Assembly (NCBI RefSeq): GCF_009914755.1
Contig: NC_060928.1
Reading direction: 5' to 3' (one strand)
Length of the DNA: 64,000 bases
From: the human T2T-CHM13v2.0 reference genome, Homo sapiens
In this document: piece by piece, positions 51,733 to 64,000 of the stretch
Position numbering within the stretch: the stretch's first letter is position 1
Layout: each line of letters begins with the position of its first letter
Program-made: the position numbers and the translations under genes
Notes under the pieces: model-generated
Database searches by the model: none
What the model was told of the DNA's origin: nothing
The model's input: the letters and a program-made list of their open reading frames with translations, nothing else

Positions 51733-52110
51733 CTTTTTATTTTAGTTTTTACTGGAAGCAAAATTCACATAACCTAAAATTAGCCATCTTACACGGCACA
51801 TGTCTGTGTACTCGGATGTTTGCAATGGCACCCACCCAACTCCAGCGGTGCCATCCCAGGTTCTCATCCTCACCGCAGTCAGAAACCGCCGCCTTCAGGA
51901 GCCCCGCCCCACTCTCCTCCCCAACTGCCTCCCCCACCTCCCCCTGCCTTCAGGGGCCACGCCCCCACCTCCTCCCAGCCCGACACCCCCCATTCTGCTT
52001 TCTGTCTGGGAATCTGTCGTTCTGGACAAGTCATTTGGCCTTATTTCAGGGCTGAGCACAGGGTCCCCAGGTTTGTCTACACAGTGGCGTCAGCACATCC
52101 TTCCTTTTTA
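51733..52110 (-). mobile_element. L1MB-type 3' end fragment
   Basis: AAAATTCACATAACCTAAAATTAGCCATCTTA...TCTGCTTTCTGTCT...TTCTGGACA. Confidence 0.7.
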
Positions 52111-52149
52111 AGGGTTTTCCCTTATGAGTGCGGAATATTCACACTGCAT

Positions 52150-52350
52150 TTTCCCTGTTGTGGACATTCCGCATTCTTCCCGGCGTGGATGCTCCGCACC
52201 CTCCCCCGGCGTGGACGCTCCCCATTTTTCCTGGTGTGGACACTCCGCATTCTTCCCGGCATGGACACTCTGCACCCTCCCCTGGCGTGGACACTGCGCA
52301 TCCTCCCCAGTGTGGACACTCCCCATTTTTCCTGCTGTGGACGCTCCGCC
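52150..52350. repeat. 25-26-bp degenerate tandem repeat, about 8 copies with a 76-bp higher-order unit
   Basis: GTGGAC-like anchors at 52160, 52185, 52211, 52236, 52261, 52287, 52312 and 52337. Confidence 0.85.
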
Positions 52351-54632
52351 TTCTTACTCATTCCTCTGGGCAGGGGTGCTGTTCGCCTCCCCTGCCTGGA
52401 CGTTGTGAGTGGGCTGCATGAACAGGCAGTCGGGCACCATCTTCCTTTCTTCTCAGGGCCCTTTGGGAACCGTGCAGACACCCCGGCTATGGCTGAGTGG
52501 GGCTGCCTGGTGGCAGGAGCCCCGGGACCAGCTCCGTCCAGCCACACTCCCCCCAGAGTCCCACCGTGAGTCATCTCGAGGGCCCGCCAGGGCCAGAACC
52601 TCTAACAGGGATGAGAGCCTCGGTGGTGCCCCTGACTGTCCACTACTGGAGCAGCTGGAGGGTCTGATGTGTGGCCCCCAGGGCCCTGGGGTGACCCGAG
52701 GAAGCCCCCGCTCCAACCTCCCAAGCAGGAGCGTCACCCCAGCACAGCACGTTCCAAGGCTGTGGGTTTATCTTACAAACACGGGAACCAATGACTTAGG
52801 AAATTGCCAAGATAATAAAGATTTTTACGTGGCTTCACGCTCTGTACTCCGATGCAGTGGGGCTTCCACGGGGAACCCAGGGACAGCCAGGCTTCCCAGA
52901 GTGGCACCTTCACTCCGCCTCACCGATGCAGGTGGGGCCACCTCTGTGACTCACAGGAGGAGACATCAACAATGGCCACAAAAATGGACCTTTTGTCCCA
53001 CCCAGCTCTGTGGGGGTTGCGAAATCTATCCTGGGCTCTGAGCAGGCCTGACCCACAAGCCTTCCTGACCGGCCATCACCCTGGGGGTCAGATGGGTGCT
53101 GCAGGCCCTGGGGTTCAGCCAGATACCGGGCACAGGCCTGGGGGCCAGTCGGGCTAGGACAAGAGTAGGCCTTGGCCCGGGGGGGTAGGGGGACTCCTGG
53201 AGTGCCTTAGGGCTTGATTTGGTTTGCTCTTTTGTCCCTGCAGCTTTAGAGGCGGAGGCAGGAATTCAGGAAAAGACGCTGAGCACGCATCACAGCAGCC
53301 CCAACCCAGGGAGCCCCTCAGATGGGGAGCCAGGGTGTGAGCCCCAAGACTCCAAGGATCTCGGAGGTTTCATCGGCTGCCGGGCTCGGGACCCCGAGGC
53401 CCAGTGCACAAGCCAGGGAGTGGGCAGGCAGGGCACCCGTGAGCCATGGGGTCGGACCTCCGGGCCTGCTGCTGCCCGCTTGCTGTCCTTACACTGCTGC
53501 ATCCTGGGATTCCCATCTGAGACGACCGCCCAGTGTCCAGGCCACTAGGAACGATGCTGCGGGCCTGAGGTCACTGATGCAACCCCTTCTCTGGCCCTAA
53601 ACAGAGTTCAGGGCTCACCGCCCTCATCACAAGCATGAAGAAGTGTGAGGACTCAGGATGGTGGGAGGGGCAGCTGGAGACCTGGGGTCCCAAGGGCCAG
53701 CTGCAGATGGTGGCATCCTTCTGGCTCTTTCTGCAGAAAGGAGTCTGATAGGTGCTTGCAGGGGCTGGAGGGACCGGTCTGGGCTGCCCTGACCAGACAG
53801 GGGCTGCTCCTGCCACTGCCAAGGGTCGCCTCTGCCAGCCCAAGTCTGCCCCTAGAAACAGAGCGAGTCTCTCCAGAAACTCCTGTGGGCAGGGCACGCA
53901 GTGAGACCTCCCAGCCCTGCTTGCCCGCTTGGCCAGGCAGTCACTGACATGTTGAGAAGCAGGTGCCCCGCCCCACTTCCCCCAAGAAGAGCTGAGGCAG
54001 GCACTGCTGTGTCTCAAGGGGCAGCAGGAGGAAAAGTCCACAGGCAACCTGGGTCCCTCTGTGGGCCCCACATTCCCACTGAGCAAAGCTGGCGGCACTG
54101 TGGCCCCCACCATGGACACCCCGCACCCACCCACTGTCCTTCCTGCTACTGAGGCCAGAACTCGGGGCCTGAGACACCCACAGCCAGGGTGTCCAGCAGC
54201 CACCACTGGCACGTTAGAGCTGCCAACAGCATGGATGCCTGGACAGGCGAGGACGAGGGTGTGAGCACAGCACACTGGCGTCAGTATGCCCACCCCAATC
54301 AGGAAGGAGCATTCCACCAACTCCCGGCCAGCTCCCTGCAGACTGGCCAGGATAATGAAGGACAAGGGAAGCCTGAGGACCCATCCAGGCTGGGGTCCCA
54401 CAAAGGTGACCCCTCGACGCAGCCTGGGGTCCCGGAGTAGGACCTCAGTGGGAGCCCCGGCAACTCCCATTCTGTGGATGGCGCTGACCCCAGGCCCATC
54501 AGCGGACCCTGCTTCGGTGCAGTGCTGTCCTGCGGGAGGTGAGGGAGCTACGGGAACTCTCCATAGTATATTTAAAAGTTTTTTGTAAAATTTACTCAAA
54601 ATTAAAGTTTTTTTTAATTTGAAAATGCCATT

Positions 54633-55050
54633 TGTCCTAGGTCAATGTGTGCAGCTCAGGAAGGTGTTGACATCCCAGCCCCCAGCACCTCAGAATGTGA
54701 CTTGTTTGGAGACAGAGTCTTTACAGAGAAAATCAGGTTAAGGGGCGGTCAGGAGGCCGGGCCTCACCCCAGCACGAGGCGCCCTTATGGAAAGGGGATC
54801 TGGAGACAGGCACGCAGGGAGAGGCCGTGCGAAGATGAAGGCCGAGGTCAGGGCGGTGCTTTCTCAGGCCAAGGATCACCGAGGGCTGCTGGCCGCCACG
54901 GGGAGCTGGGGAGAGGATGGGACCGGTCCTGCCTCGCAGCCTCGGAGGAGCCGGCCATGCAACCGGATCCTAGACCTCCAGCCTCCAGAACTGCGAGGTG
55001 TATGTTGCTGTGGTGACGGTCTCCAGTCTCTGGTACTTTGCAAACTCACC
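54633..55050 (+). mobile_element. MaLR LTR (MLT1B-like)
   Basis: CCCCCAGCACCTCAGAATGTGACTTGTTTGGAGACAG...GACCTCCAGCCTCCAGAACTGCGAG...TGGTACTTTG. Confidence 0.85.
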
Positions 55051-55409
55051 GTGTCTAGGCAGATCTCGCATGTGCTAGGCCCAGCAGTATGAGAATATGA
55101 CCTGTTTTCATTTCTGCCTGGAAAGGGGACAGCCTGGGCAGGGTGGTAGGTGCTGGGGGCACTCTCCTGCCTTGTCGCCCCCCGCCCTGGGGCTGCGTGG
55201 CCCTGATGACTCCCCCTGCGGATGGTTCTCATGGGTGCCCGCTGCCGCCGTGGGCCCCTGCACAGCTGGTGGCCGTGGCATCGCTGGTACAGCGCTGGCA
55301 GCTGACACTGATCCCACTCTCGGCCCACACAGAGCCCATGCTGCTCCGCTCCCAGCGGGAACTGCTTCTTCACTGAAGCACCAAGTCCTAGGAATGGTTC
55401 CCTGAGGCC

Positions 55410-55548
55410 ACACCTATAATTTTATTGTTGTGTGAATATTCTGTTTGAACGGGAGATTACAATTTTACTTCCTGTTCAGTAAACATCCCCACCGCAGGCC
55501 CTACTGAGGGAGTCATTAGCGGCCGTGTGGGGAGTGGCGATTAACAGT
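55410..55548. promoter_or_regulatory. Candidate enhancer island abutting a VNTR
   Basis: TTTTATTG (posterior HOX/CDX), ACTTCCTG (ETS), GTAAACA (FOX), CATTAG and GATTAA. Confidence 0.45.
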
Positions 55549-55558
55549 GGGTTCAGTG

Positions 55559-56655
55559 CAGCAGGACAGCCGGACCCCTGCCCCAGGCTCTCAGCAGGAC
55601 AGCCGGACCCCTGCCCCAGGCTCTCAGCAGGACAGCCGGACCCCTGCCCCAGGCTCTCAGCAGGACAGCCGGACCCCTGCCCCAGGCTCTCAGCAGGACA
55701 GCCGGACCCCTGCCCCAGGCTCTCAGCAGGACAGCCGGACCCCTGCCCCAGGCTCTCAGCAGGACAGCCGGACCCCTGCCCCAGGCACTCAGCAGGACAG
55801 CCGGACCCCTGCCCCAGGCTCTCAGCAGGACAGCCGGACCCCTGCCCCAGGCTCTCAGCAGGACAGCCGGACCCCTGCCCCAGGCTCTCAGCAGGACAGC
55901 CGGACCCCTGCCCCAGGCTCTCAGCAGGACAGCCGGACCCCTGCCCCAGGCTCTCAGCAGGACAGCCGGACCCCTGCCCCAGGTACTCAGCAGGACAGCC
56001 GGACCCCTGCCCCAGGCTCTCAGCAGGACAGCCGGACCCCTGCCCCAGGCTCTCAGCAGGACAGCCGGACCCCTGCCCCAGGTACTCAGCAGGACAGCCG
56101 GACCCCTGCCCCAGGCTCTCAGCAGGACAGCCGGACCCCTGCCCCAGGCTCTCAGCAGGACAGCCGGACCCCTGCCCCAGGTACTCAGCAGGACAGCCGG
56201 ACCCCTGCCCCAGGCTCTCAGCAGGACAGCCGGACCCCTGCCCCAGGCTCTCAGCAGGACAGCCGGACCCCTGCCCCAGGCTCTCAGCAGGACAGCCGGA
56301 CCCCTGCCCCAGGCTCTCAGCAGGACAGCCGGACCCCTTGCCCCAGGCTCTCAGCAGGACAGCCGGACCCCTGCCCCAGGTACTCAGCAGGACAGCCGGA
56401 CCCCTGCCCCAGGCTCTCAGCAGGACAGCCGGACCCCTACCCCAGGTACTCAGCAGGACAGCCGGACCCCTTGCCCCAGGCTCTCAGCAGGACAGCCGGA
56501 CCCCTGCCCCAGGTACTCAGCAGGACAGCCGGACCCCTTGCCCCAGGCTCTCAGCAGGACAGCCGGACCCCTGCCCCAGGCTCTCAGCAGGACAGCCGGA
56601 CCCCTGCCCCAGGCTCTCAGCTGGACAGCCAGACCCGCCCCAGGCTCTCAGCTGG
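55559..56655. repeat. 33-bp minisatellite, about 33 highly homogeneous copies
   Basis: Unit CAGCAGGACAGCCGGACCCCTGCCCCAGGCTCT; variants GGTACT and GGCACT plus three 34-bp units. Confidence 0.98.
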
Positions 56656-57059
56656 CGGTCAAGGTCTCCTGCTTTACTGATAAACTTGTCTCCAGGGACC
56701 CACACCCCCTGCCCAAGGGCTCTTGATCCTGGGCAGACTTAGAAGCAGTGCAGGGCCTCAGTGTGGGCCCTGAGCCTCGGGCTCTAAAGGGTGAATGGCA
56801 CGTTCACACCATCGTCTTTCCTGGAAACGACAGCGCCTGCCATTCAGGACATTACCCAGCCCCCGGCCTGATAGCCCATGACTCTCCGGTTCATAACACA
56901 AAATCACACTTTTCATCAAGAAGCTTGTATTCTCCAGATAATTCAAGAATCCACACAGCAAATCCAGCACAGACTGTTTGCTTCCCAACACCCAGACACA
57001 TGTGCCTGCAAATTCCTGATGTTACGAAGACCTGCCCCGGAGAGGGGAGGCATCGCCCC

Positions 57060-57330
57060 AGGTAACCCCAGGCCACAACCCACATCCCACACCCCAGACG
57101 ACCCCGGGACATCGACAGTCCACACCCTAGACAACCCCGAGGCACTGAAAACCCACACCCACACCCGAAATAACCCTGGGACACTGACAACCCACACCCC
57201 AGACAATCCCAGACAACCCCGGGACACTGACAACCCACTCCCCAAATAACCCTAGGCAACCCCAGTATGCTGACAACCCACACCCCAGACAACTCCAGGA
57301 GACTGACAACCCACACCCCAGCTGACCCCG
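57060..57330. repeat. Degenerate C/A-rich tandem repeat
   Basis: GACAACCCACACCCCAGACAACCCC-GGGACACT recurs about 6 times. Confidence 0.8.
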
Positions 57331-58099
57331 CATCCTGGCTGTGATGGGGCTGCCATCCACACCGCCTGCTCCAAGGGCTCTGCTGCTCCGGGTTGGACCT
57401 GCACGGTTCTGGGTCACTGCAGGACTTGGGACAAGTGACTCAGTTCCCCATTGAGCAGGACAGCATCCCAGCCGCCCTGGGTTACTGTGATATCAGGAGT
57501 CAGTGGCCAACGTTTCCTGAGCCCTCTTTCTGAGGCCAGACGCCAGCATGGAGGCTGCAGCGAGTCCCTTCCCTCATCTGCACGAGGCTTGGGGACCCCA
57601 TGGCCACCTGGCCCAGGTGTGGGCACCGAGGTGGGGCTGTGGGGTGAGCTCCCGGGTGGCCCATGGCTGGCAGTCGGCCGTCCTGAGGGGACTCTAGGTA
57701 CGACACGAGGTCCTCCAGCCACAGGCATCCGCTTCCCCTCTCGGACACAGGCCAGCAAAGACAATCGCCGGATGTCTGAGTACCCCCTCTCCTTCCAAAA
57801 CAAACAGAAAACCCGTCCACAGCATCTGTCGACCAAAAGAAGAACCGCCAGAGTCCAGGGAAGCAGCTTGCCGGGAACCTGCCAGGTTTGCATCGAATTC
57901 CCCGAGTTCCGGAAACCCCGTCCGTCCCAGGCAAACAGGCACCGTGGGTCACCCTTCCGGGACCCACATTCGCGCCAGGCCTGGGTGGAGGCCTTGGCCC
58001 TGGGAAGGAAGGCTGACCAGAAGCCTCGGCACCCTGCCCCCGCGGCCACGTGTGGACGCAGAGGCCTCTTGGGCGGTGAAAGGCTGCTCCTGAAGGCGT

Positions 58100-58370
58100 T
58101 TCTGGTTTTTCCATTTATAAAGCAGAGTGAGGTTATAAATCAGAAAAGTGTTTACAGGAGACACACAGCTGGCAATAACAGCTTTGAGGGGCCACTGCGT
58201 CTCTGTGACTATTTCATCTTCCACGCCAACTTAAACATGAGAAAAAAAGGCTTTGCAGCCCAGGGCCCCGCTGCACGGCCCAGCAGATCGAGAGCATTTG
58301 CAATAATTCATAGACTTCTCACTTTCATTTTTCTGCCGCCCAGGAATTACATTCCACTATTAAAATGCGC
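58100..58370. promoter_or_regulatory. Candidate enhancer island
   Basis: ATAAATCA (58135-58142; reverse TGATTTAT), TGTTTAC (58149), TTTATAAA, TAATTC and CTATTAAAAT. Confidence 0.5.
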
Positions 58371-59934
58371 TGGGACTGCCTGGCCCGGCCGCTCCTGCGT
58401 GTTCAGACACAGGTCGGGCGAGGACCCTGTGCGGCCCCAAGCGGACCCTGCTGCGGCTCCGGGGCCGGGCGCTTGCCCCCTGCTGGACACACGGTGCACT
58501 GCAGGCAGCCCAGAGGGCCCTCCCCGCTCTGCGGGTGAGAAAATCCCGAGACAGGCGGGTTTCCTCTGAGATGGCCACGGTTCCAGGTGAGAAAGCAGGC
58601 GGGAGGGAAGAAGCTGGCGTCCAGGCCCCTGTGCAGTCACATCTGGTCCTCTGCGGCCCGTTCCTGTTCTTGGGATGCTGGCGGGGGCACTGCCCCAGCT
58701 CAGGGGCACAGAAGACCCAGATGGGTGCAGGCAGGAAGGCCAGCTTGGTCGGGGTGGTGGGGGGGGCCTGGGCCAAGGCCAGAGCCGGGACAGCCCCCAG
58801 GTGTGGTCGGGCCTGGACCTTCCCTACTGCAGACCCAGTGGGTCCCACTCGCCTTCAGTCGAGGCTTTGTCACCTCAGGGCAAGTTGAGGGCAGAGCTGG
58901 GACTCCCCAGATACTGCCTGATCTGCTCTCACTGACCCAGCCCCAGAGCCCCAGGCAGGAGGGATGGGCAGGGCCTGAGGGACAGGTCTCTGTGGTCCTC
59001 AGAGCCTCACCCATTCACAGTCAGGCATGGGGCCAGAGAAGGCCGTGCTTCAGTGGGACCACCCACTGAAGGCCGAAGGCCGGTGCCAGCCGTCCCCACA
59101 ACAGGACCCGGAGGCCTCTCTGCCCCATCCTCCAGATCCAGCCTCTAGTGTGCACAAGCTGAGAGGGGATGCTGAGGGCAAGAAGGAGCGGGACTTGGGT
59201 GTCCTGTCCCACACGCCCCCGAGGGGCTGGCAGGGGAGGATGGGGCAAGATGGTGGAGCTTGTCAGGGGAGATGGGGAGCACATTTCAGCAGCTGTGCTC
59301 TTCTGGGACAGCACAAACTGTCGGGGAGAAGAGTGATGGCCGGCAATGCCCCTGGGCAGCGAGGGGTCCCGAGTCCAGGGGCTCAAATGCTTCGGGGCAC
59401 GGTGACAATGCCACCTCCTCCAGGAAGTCTCCCCAGACTGCACTGCCCAGTGGTGACTCTGAGCTGACTGCACCTCCCCTGAACTCCCGCCCTAGGAGCA
59501 GCCACTCTCCGGCTGCATTACTCTCTAAGACTCGGGAGGTTTGGGGCGCAGTCCCAGAGGTTTTTCAGGAAACAGCCACTAAATGGATGAATGAATGATG
59601 AAACCTGCTGCTCAAGGGCTGCAGACCTGGGCTCTCCCTGCACTGCCCGGGCCCTCAGGGCTGCACCACCCAGGCTGGGTCGGGCCACACACCCCAAAAG
59701 GGCCCTGCCAAAGCCCTCCCACCCCAGAAACAGAAGAAGGGGCCGGCGGCCACCCCTGGGCCCAGCCCCGGCCTCCCCTTGTATGCCCCCAGCCCCCCAC
59801 CAATGCCCTCCCCTGCCCCTGGTGGGTCAGAGATCTCCTGGAGGCTACAGGGAGCAGAGGCGATGCCCGCAGGCGGCGAGCGTGTTCTCAGGAGCAGGTG
59901 GGCAGGGGCCTTGCAGACTCTTCATTTCTTCCTT

Positions 59935-60050
59935 CCCTTATCACCGTTAGCCATTTTCATGGGATAGAGATACAGAGGAGCTCCCATTACAAAGCGCCAT
60001 TAAACTGTCATCTGTGCAACTGTGTGTGAAGAGGCATCGGATAACGGTCA
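59935..60050. promoter_or_regulatory. Candidate enhancer island
   Basis: CTTATCA, CCATTAC, ACAAAG, CCATTAAA and CTGTCA within 115 bp. Confidence 0.35.
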
Positions 60051-61069
60051 GGGCTGTGCACGCCTGAGTTGCTGGCCCTGCACCCGGCCCAGCACTCCTA
60101 GAGAGAGGCCTCACCTAGAGAGACAGGCCTTCTTCGGCACCCAGCACCACTGCCCACCCCAGCCTGCCCCCCAAATGACACTCACTGCCTGGGCAGGACA
60201 GCCCCGGGGCCCAGCACACCAGGAGGGCTCCGAACCCGGCCAAAGGTGGTGGGAAGACAGAGGAACCGTGAAGAACAGATGATAGTACAGGCTGGGGAGA
60301 GGGGGCTGGTGTCCCCAGAGGCAGAGCCACCCCCCCAACAGTTGAGGGGGCCACCCACTCACGGCGCCATGGCCAGTGCAGGGCCTGGAGTCAGGCCAAG
60401 CTCCCGTCTGCCCCAGCTTGGCATTCAGACCACCAATCCAGCGGCCACAGGAGTGAGGTGTAGCCCCAGCCCCTGGCGCTAGAGGGAAACTGAGGCTGGG
60501 GTAGGGGACCAGAGGTGAAGCAGGCCTAGACCCCACCCCGTCTCCGGGGGAAGGAGCTGTCCTTGGACCCACCATTCCCCCTCAGTGTGTCTAAGGGCCA
60601 TGGGGATTTAGGAGCCCCAGGGGCATGGCTGGGGTGGACGCTCAAGGCTGGGAGGAGCTTCTTAGGGTCCCCAGGGTCCACTCCACCTGGCCATGCCCAG
60701 CCCACAGGTGCTCAGGCCCCAGGCCAGGGCAGACTCAGTAAAGAGTCCGGTGGGCAGGTGGGAGGTGGGAAGGGGGTGTCACGGCCCAGTGTCTGGCCTT
60801 TCCAGGGATGGGGACCAGGCCTTGACGGAGGCTGGATGTGGTCAGGTGGGGCCTGGGCAGCAGGGCATGACTCCATGGGGGGCACATGTGGCACCTGGCA
60901 GGAGGTGGAGCTGCATCTGAGCAGAGCACACAGGAGCCTGTGTCCCTGCATGTGGGTTGGTGCCCATGAGGCCAGCACGCGCCTGGAGCAGCCAAGCGGG
61001 TTCCAGGACTCAAGAGGCAGCCAGGCTCAGCGAGCAAGACAAGGTTGCCTCCTGAGGACAGAGGAGGCC

Positions 61070-61795
61070 CAGCCAACCCAACAGATACCCCCAGACAGAA
61101 GGTCCCAGACTCACCTAAGAACCCCCAGACAGAGGGTCCCAGACTCACCTAAGACACCCCCAGACAGAGGGTCCCAAGCTCACCTCAGAGACACCCCCAG
61201 ACAGAGGGTCCCAGACTCAGCTAAGACACCCCCAGACAGAGGGTCCCAGACTCACCTGAGAAATACCCCCAGACAGAGGGTCCCAGACTCACCTAAGACA
61301 CCCCCAGACAGAGGGTCCCAAACTCACCTCAGAGACACCCCCAGACAGAGGGTCCCAAACTCACCTCAGAGACACCCCCAGACAGAGGGTCTCAGCCAAC
61401 CCAACAGACACCCCCAGACAGAAGGTCCCAGACTCACCTAAGACACCCCCAGACAGAGGGTCCCAGACTCACCTAAGACACCCCCAGACAGAGGGTCCCA
61501 AGCTCACCTCAGAGACACCCCCAGACAGAGGGTCCCAGACTCAGCTAAGACACCCCCAGACAGAGGGTCCCAGACTCACCTGAGAAATACCCCCAGACAG
61601 AGGGTCCCAGACTCACCTGAGAAATACCCCCAGACAGAGGGTCCCAGACTCACCTAAGAAATACCCCCAGACAGAGGGTCCCAAACTCACCTAAGACACC
61701 CCCAGACAGAGGGTCCCAGACTCACCTGAGAAATACCCCCAGACAGAGGGTCCCAGACTCACCTAAGACACCCCAAGACAGAGGGTCCCCAACTC
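61070..61795. repeat. 35-37-bp minisatellite, about 20 copies, with a higher-order duplication of about 323 bp
   Basis: Unit ACCCCCAGACAGAGGGTCCCAGACTCACCT(AAGAC/GAGAAAT/CAGAGAC); the unusual CAGCCAACCCAACAGA spacer occurs at 61070 and again at 61393. Confidence 0.96.
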
Positions 61796-62399
61796 TCAGG
61801 CACCCCTTCATTCACCCAGCTGTGACTGGTGGGCCTGGAGCCCAGGCCCAGGGCAGGTGCAGTGAAGACCCCGCCCAGACCCAGGTCCCCACACACACTG
61901 GCCACACCCCTGCCCTGGGCATGGCCTGGGCCGAGCGGTGGCAGAGGCTGCTGTCCAGGAGGCTTCGTCTAGCAGCTCCAGAGAGCTGGGCGCTGAGTGC
62001 GGCCTGCTCACCCCCTCTCCTCTCTCCTCCCTGAGAGTCAGTGGGAGGTGAGGGGAGAGGGCCTGGGAGCCAGTGGCCAGGGTCAAAGCCCAGCTCAGCC
62101 ACCGGGCAGCCAGGGCCAGTCCCTGACGAATGAGGGCCACCTGGCCCGGCCACTACAAGGGTGGGGGCAAGGGTGGGGTCAGCACCCTCGCGACGCCCAG
62201 AAAGGCCACTAAGGAAGCCGCAGAGCCCAGGCCACCGAGCACAGCGGGGAGAGGAAACTGCCTGGCCCGAAGGAAGGGAGCGAGCGGTCCAGGGGAGGCA
62301 CCGTCCAGGAGCCAGCGCCCGGGGCCCCTCCGCAGGATCAAAGGCTGTCCAAGGGCACGGATGCCTCCCCACTCCCACCCGGGTGCTCACCGACGCGCC

Positions 62400-62810
62400 C
62401 GCTCAGAAATACAATATTTGTAGGGTCTTTTTCATAAAGGTCTTTATGGGTTTGGAAATTTAAACACCACGGAGCCTGAGTTGAATTGGAAAGCAAACGT
62501 CTCTAAGCTTGTACATCTTAGAGCAAAAAAATTCAATTAAGTGGGATTTTAGCTGTTTCAATAAAATTGGACTCTCCCTCTTCAAGATAAGAGCTCTGTG
62601 GCGTAGAAGCACCTTTATGTGCCACGAGTATCCACTTCTCCGAAACGCGTAATCCCGGCTCAGGACACAATGCCCACAACAGGAAATCAATGCATAGTCG
62701 AATCAATTTGAAAATATAAAATAAACTAATATATGAGTGGAAAATTGACTTCCTATGGATTAAAAGCAGCACAAATAGTAGAAAAATCTAGCTTTTTAGC
62801 AAAAGGAAGC
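62400..62810. promoter_or_regulatory. Strong candidate conserved enhancer (AT-rich, non-repeat)
   Basis: About 400-bp AT-rich island with CATAAAG/CTTTATGG, CAATTAAG, CAATAAAA, AGATAAG, TAATCC, GGATTA and ATCAAT twice. Confidence 0.55.
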
Positions 62811-64000
62811 AGGTTGGGGGGCGGGGTCTGGGAAGGGGCCCGGGAAGCCCTCGGTGCTTGGAGGATGGCACTGGGGCCTAATCTAGCCGAGGAGAATACG
62901 GGGCACCCGGTCCGAGGCTCCAGGGCTGCCAGGCGGTACTGAGCCTCGAGGCCCCCGTCACCAGCGCACATAAATGCTGCTGGCATAACCATTGAGTGGA
63001 AGAGTTGATAACGGGACTGTTTTCAAGGGCGGTGTAATAACAACCCCTTCACAGGCATCCATGGCTCCTCTCCTCCCCAGCACGGCTTGGGGTGATGGCG
63101 TGAGCTGCCTGCCCGGGGGATGCAGGGAAGAAACCCACAGGCCCGACAACATCTTCAATGATGCCTTCTCCACATCACCGCCCCCCAGCCCAGATGCCTG
63201 GGAAAGAATGCTAGAGGGGCAGCCCCGCCAGCTGGTGCAAGCATGGCGTGCAACGTCCACGAAGCTGAGCAGGATGGCCTGGACGACGCACCCACCACGG
63301 GGCTCCTGGAGAGAATGGGCAGCCGCCCGACGAGGCCTGCAGGGGTCTCAGCCCTGCACCTCCGCAGCTGTGGGACGCCATGCCTCCTCTGAGATCTCCG
63401 GTCTGTGCCGCCTCCACCCTTTTGTTCAGACATAGCTATCGCTCTCCCCTGAGCCCCCATGACCCACAGCCCCCTGGCCTGCAGGCACTCCTCCTCCAGG
63501 GAGCCCACTCGGTTGCCCCCCTCAGAGCCAGCTCCCACCCCGTCCCCGGCTGCCAGGCCACCCCCTCCCCGGCTGCCAGGTCTCTCCCTGGCCCAGACCC
63601 CACAGGCCCCTGACATCCCATGCGCAATTGGGACTCAGTGCCTATGAGGCTGCCTCGCCCCGACCCCAGCAACCACCCCTCACCCTCTGTCTGACCTGTC
63701 TGATGGGGACCCCTCCTCACCAGCCCCCCGGTCTGTCTCCCCATCACCTCGGTATGTGGTTTCCAGGTGCCCTCAGGGGGCAGCCGGCCTCTCTCTTTTG
63801 GTTTGTTTATTTCCAAGCAACAGACAAAAGCGCCACTCCCGGGTCCCGCGGCTCTGAGGCTTCCACCAACAGGGGAGGCCAGGAGAAGCCCAGTGGGCAA
63901 GCCCCTCGGGCCGCACCCAGGCCCCCGCCAGGCACCAGCCCACCTACCACTGCCCAGAAACCCACCTGCTCATGCACCCACCCACCCATGGGCTCCCAAA

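Noticed and set aside
53571-54599. 342-aa minus-strand ORF
   Set aside because: Non-ATG start within L1-like tail sequence, no domain, and no exon structure evident.
55525-56742. 405-aa and 377-aa repeat ORFs (SAGQPDPCPRL / QQDSRTPAPGS)
   Set aside because: In-frame translation of the 33-bp VNTR with non-ATG starts and frameshifts at the 34-bp units.
57451-58569. 372-aa non-repeat ORF
   Set aside because: It has a TTG start, Pro/Arg/Gly/Ala-biased composition and no recognisable domain. Such lengths arise by chance at this GC level; PhyloCSF or Ribo-seq would be needed to rescue it.

Overview
This is GC-rich hominoid (very likely human) non-coding DNA, judged from AluJ/AluS elements, a young L1PA2/3-type 3' end and several primate ERV1 LTRs. 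The exact locus was not identified. I found no credible protein-coding gene, rRNA, tRNA or CRISPR array: the long ORFs in the track come from tandem repeats or from low stop-codon frequency at high GC. The window has three layers. (1) About 15 short AT-rich, non-repeat islands dense in homeodomain, PBX-HOX, FOX, SOX, TCF and GATA-type words, plus CpG islands. This pattern suggests a gene-desert enhancer landscape of a developmental regulator (inference; conservation not checked). (2) An unusually rich set of minisatellites and low-complexity arrays (41, 33, 55, 93, 29, 68 and 35-37 bp units; GGAT, GAT/GGT, TG and G-run tracts). (3) Interspersed repeats (Alu, L1, L2, MIR, MaLR, ERV1 solo LTRs, MER44/MER63 DNA transposons). 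The best unexplained signals are nine CCAAT boxes of alternating orientation at exact 34-bp spacing (21726-22002), a VNTR carrying about 14 AG|GTGAGT splice-donor motifs on the minus strand (61070-61795), an isolated 38-bp inverted repeat pair (32084-32935), and a two-variant 41-bp VNTR wedged between two enhancer-like blocks. Repeat family names come from recalled consensus sequences and need RepeatMasker/Dfam confirmation.
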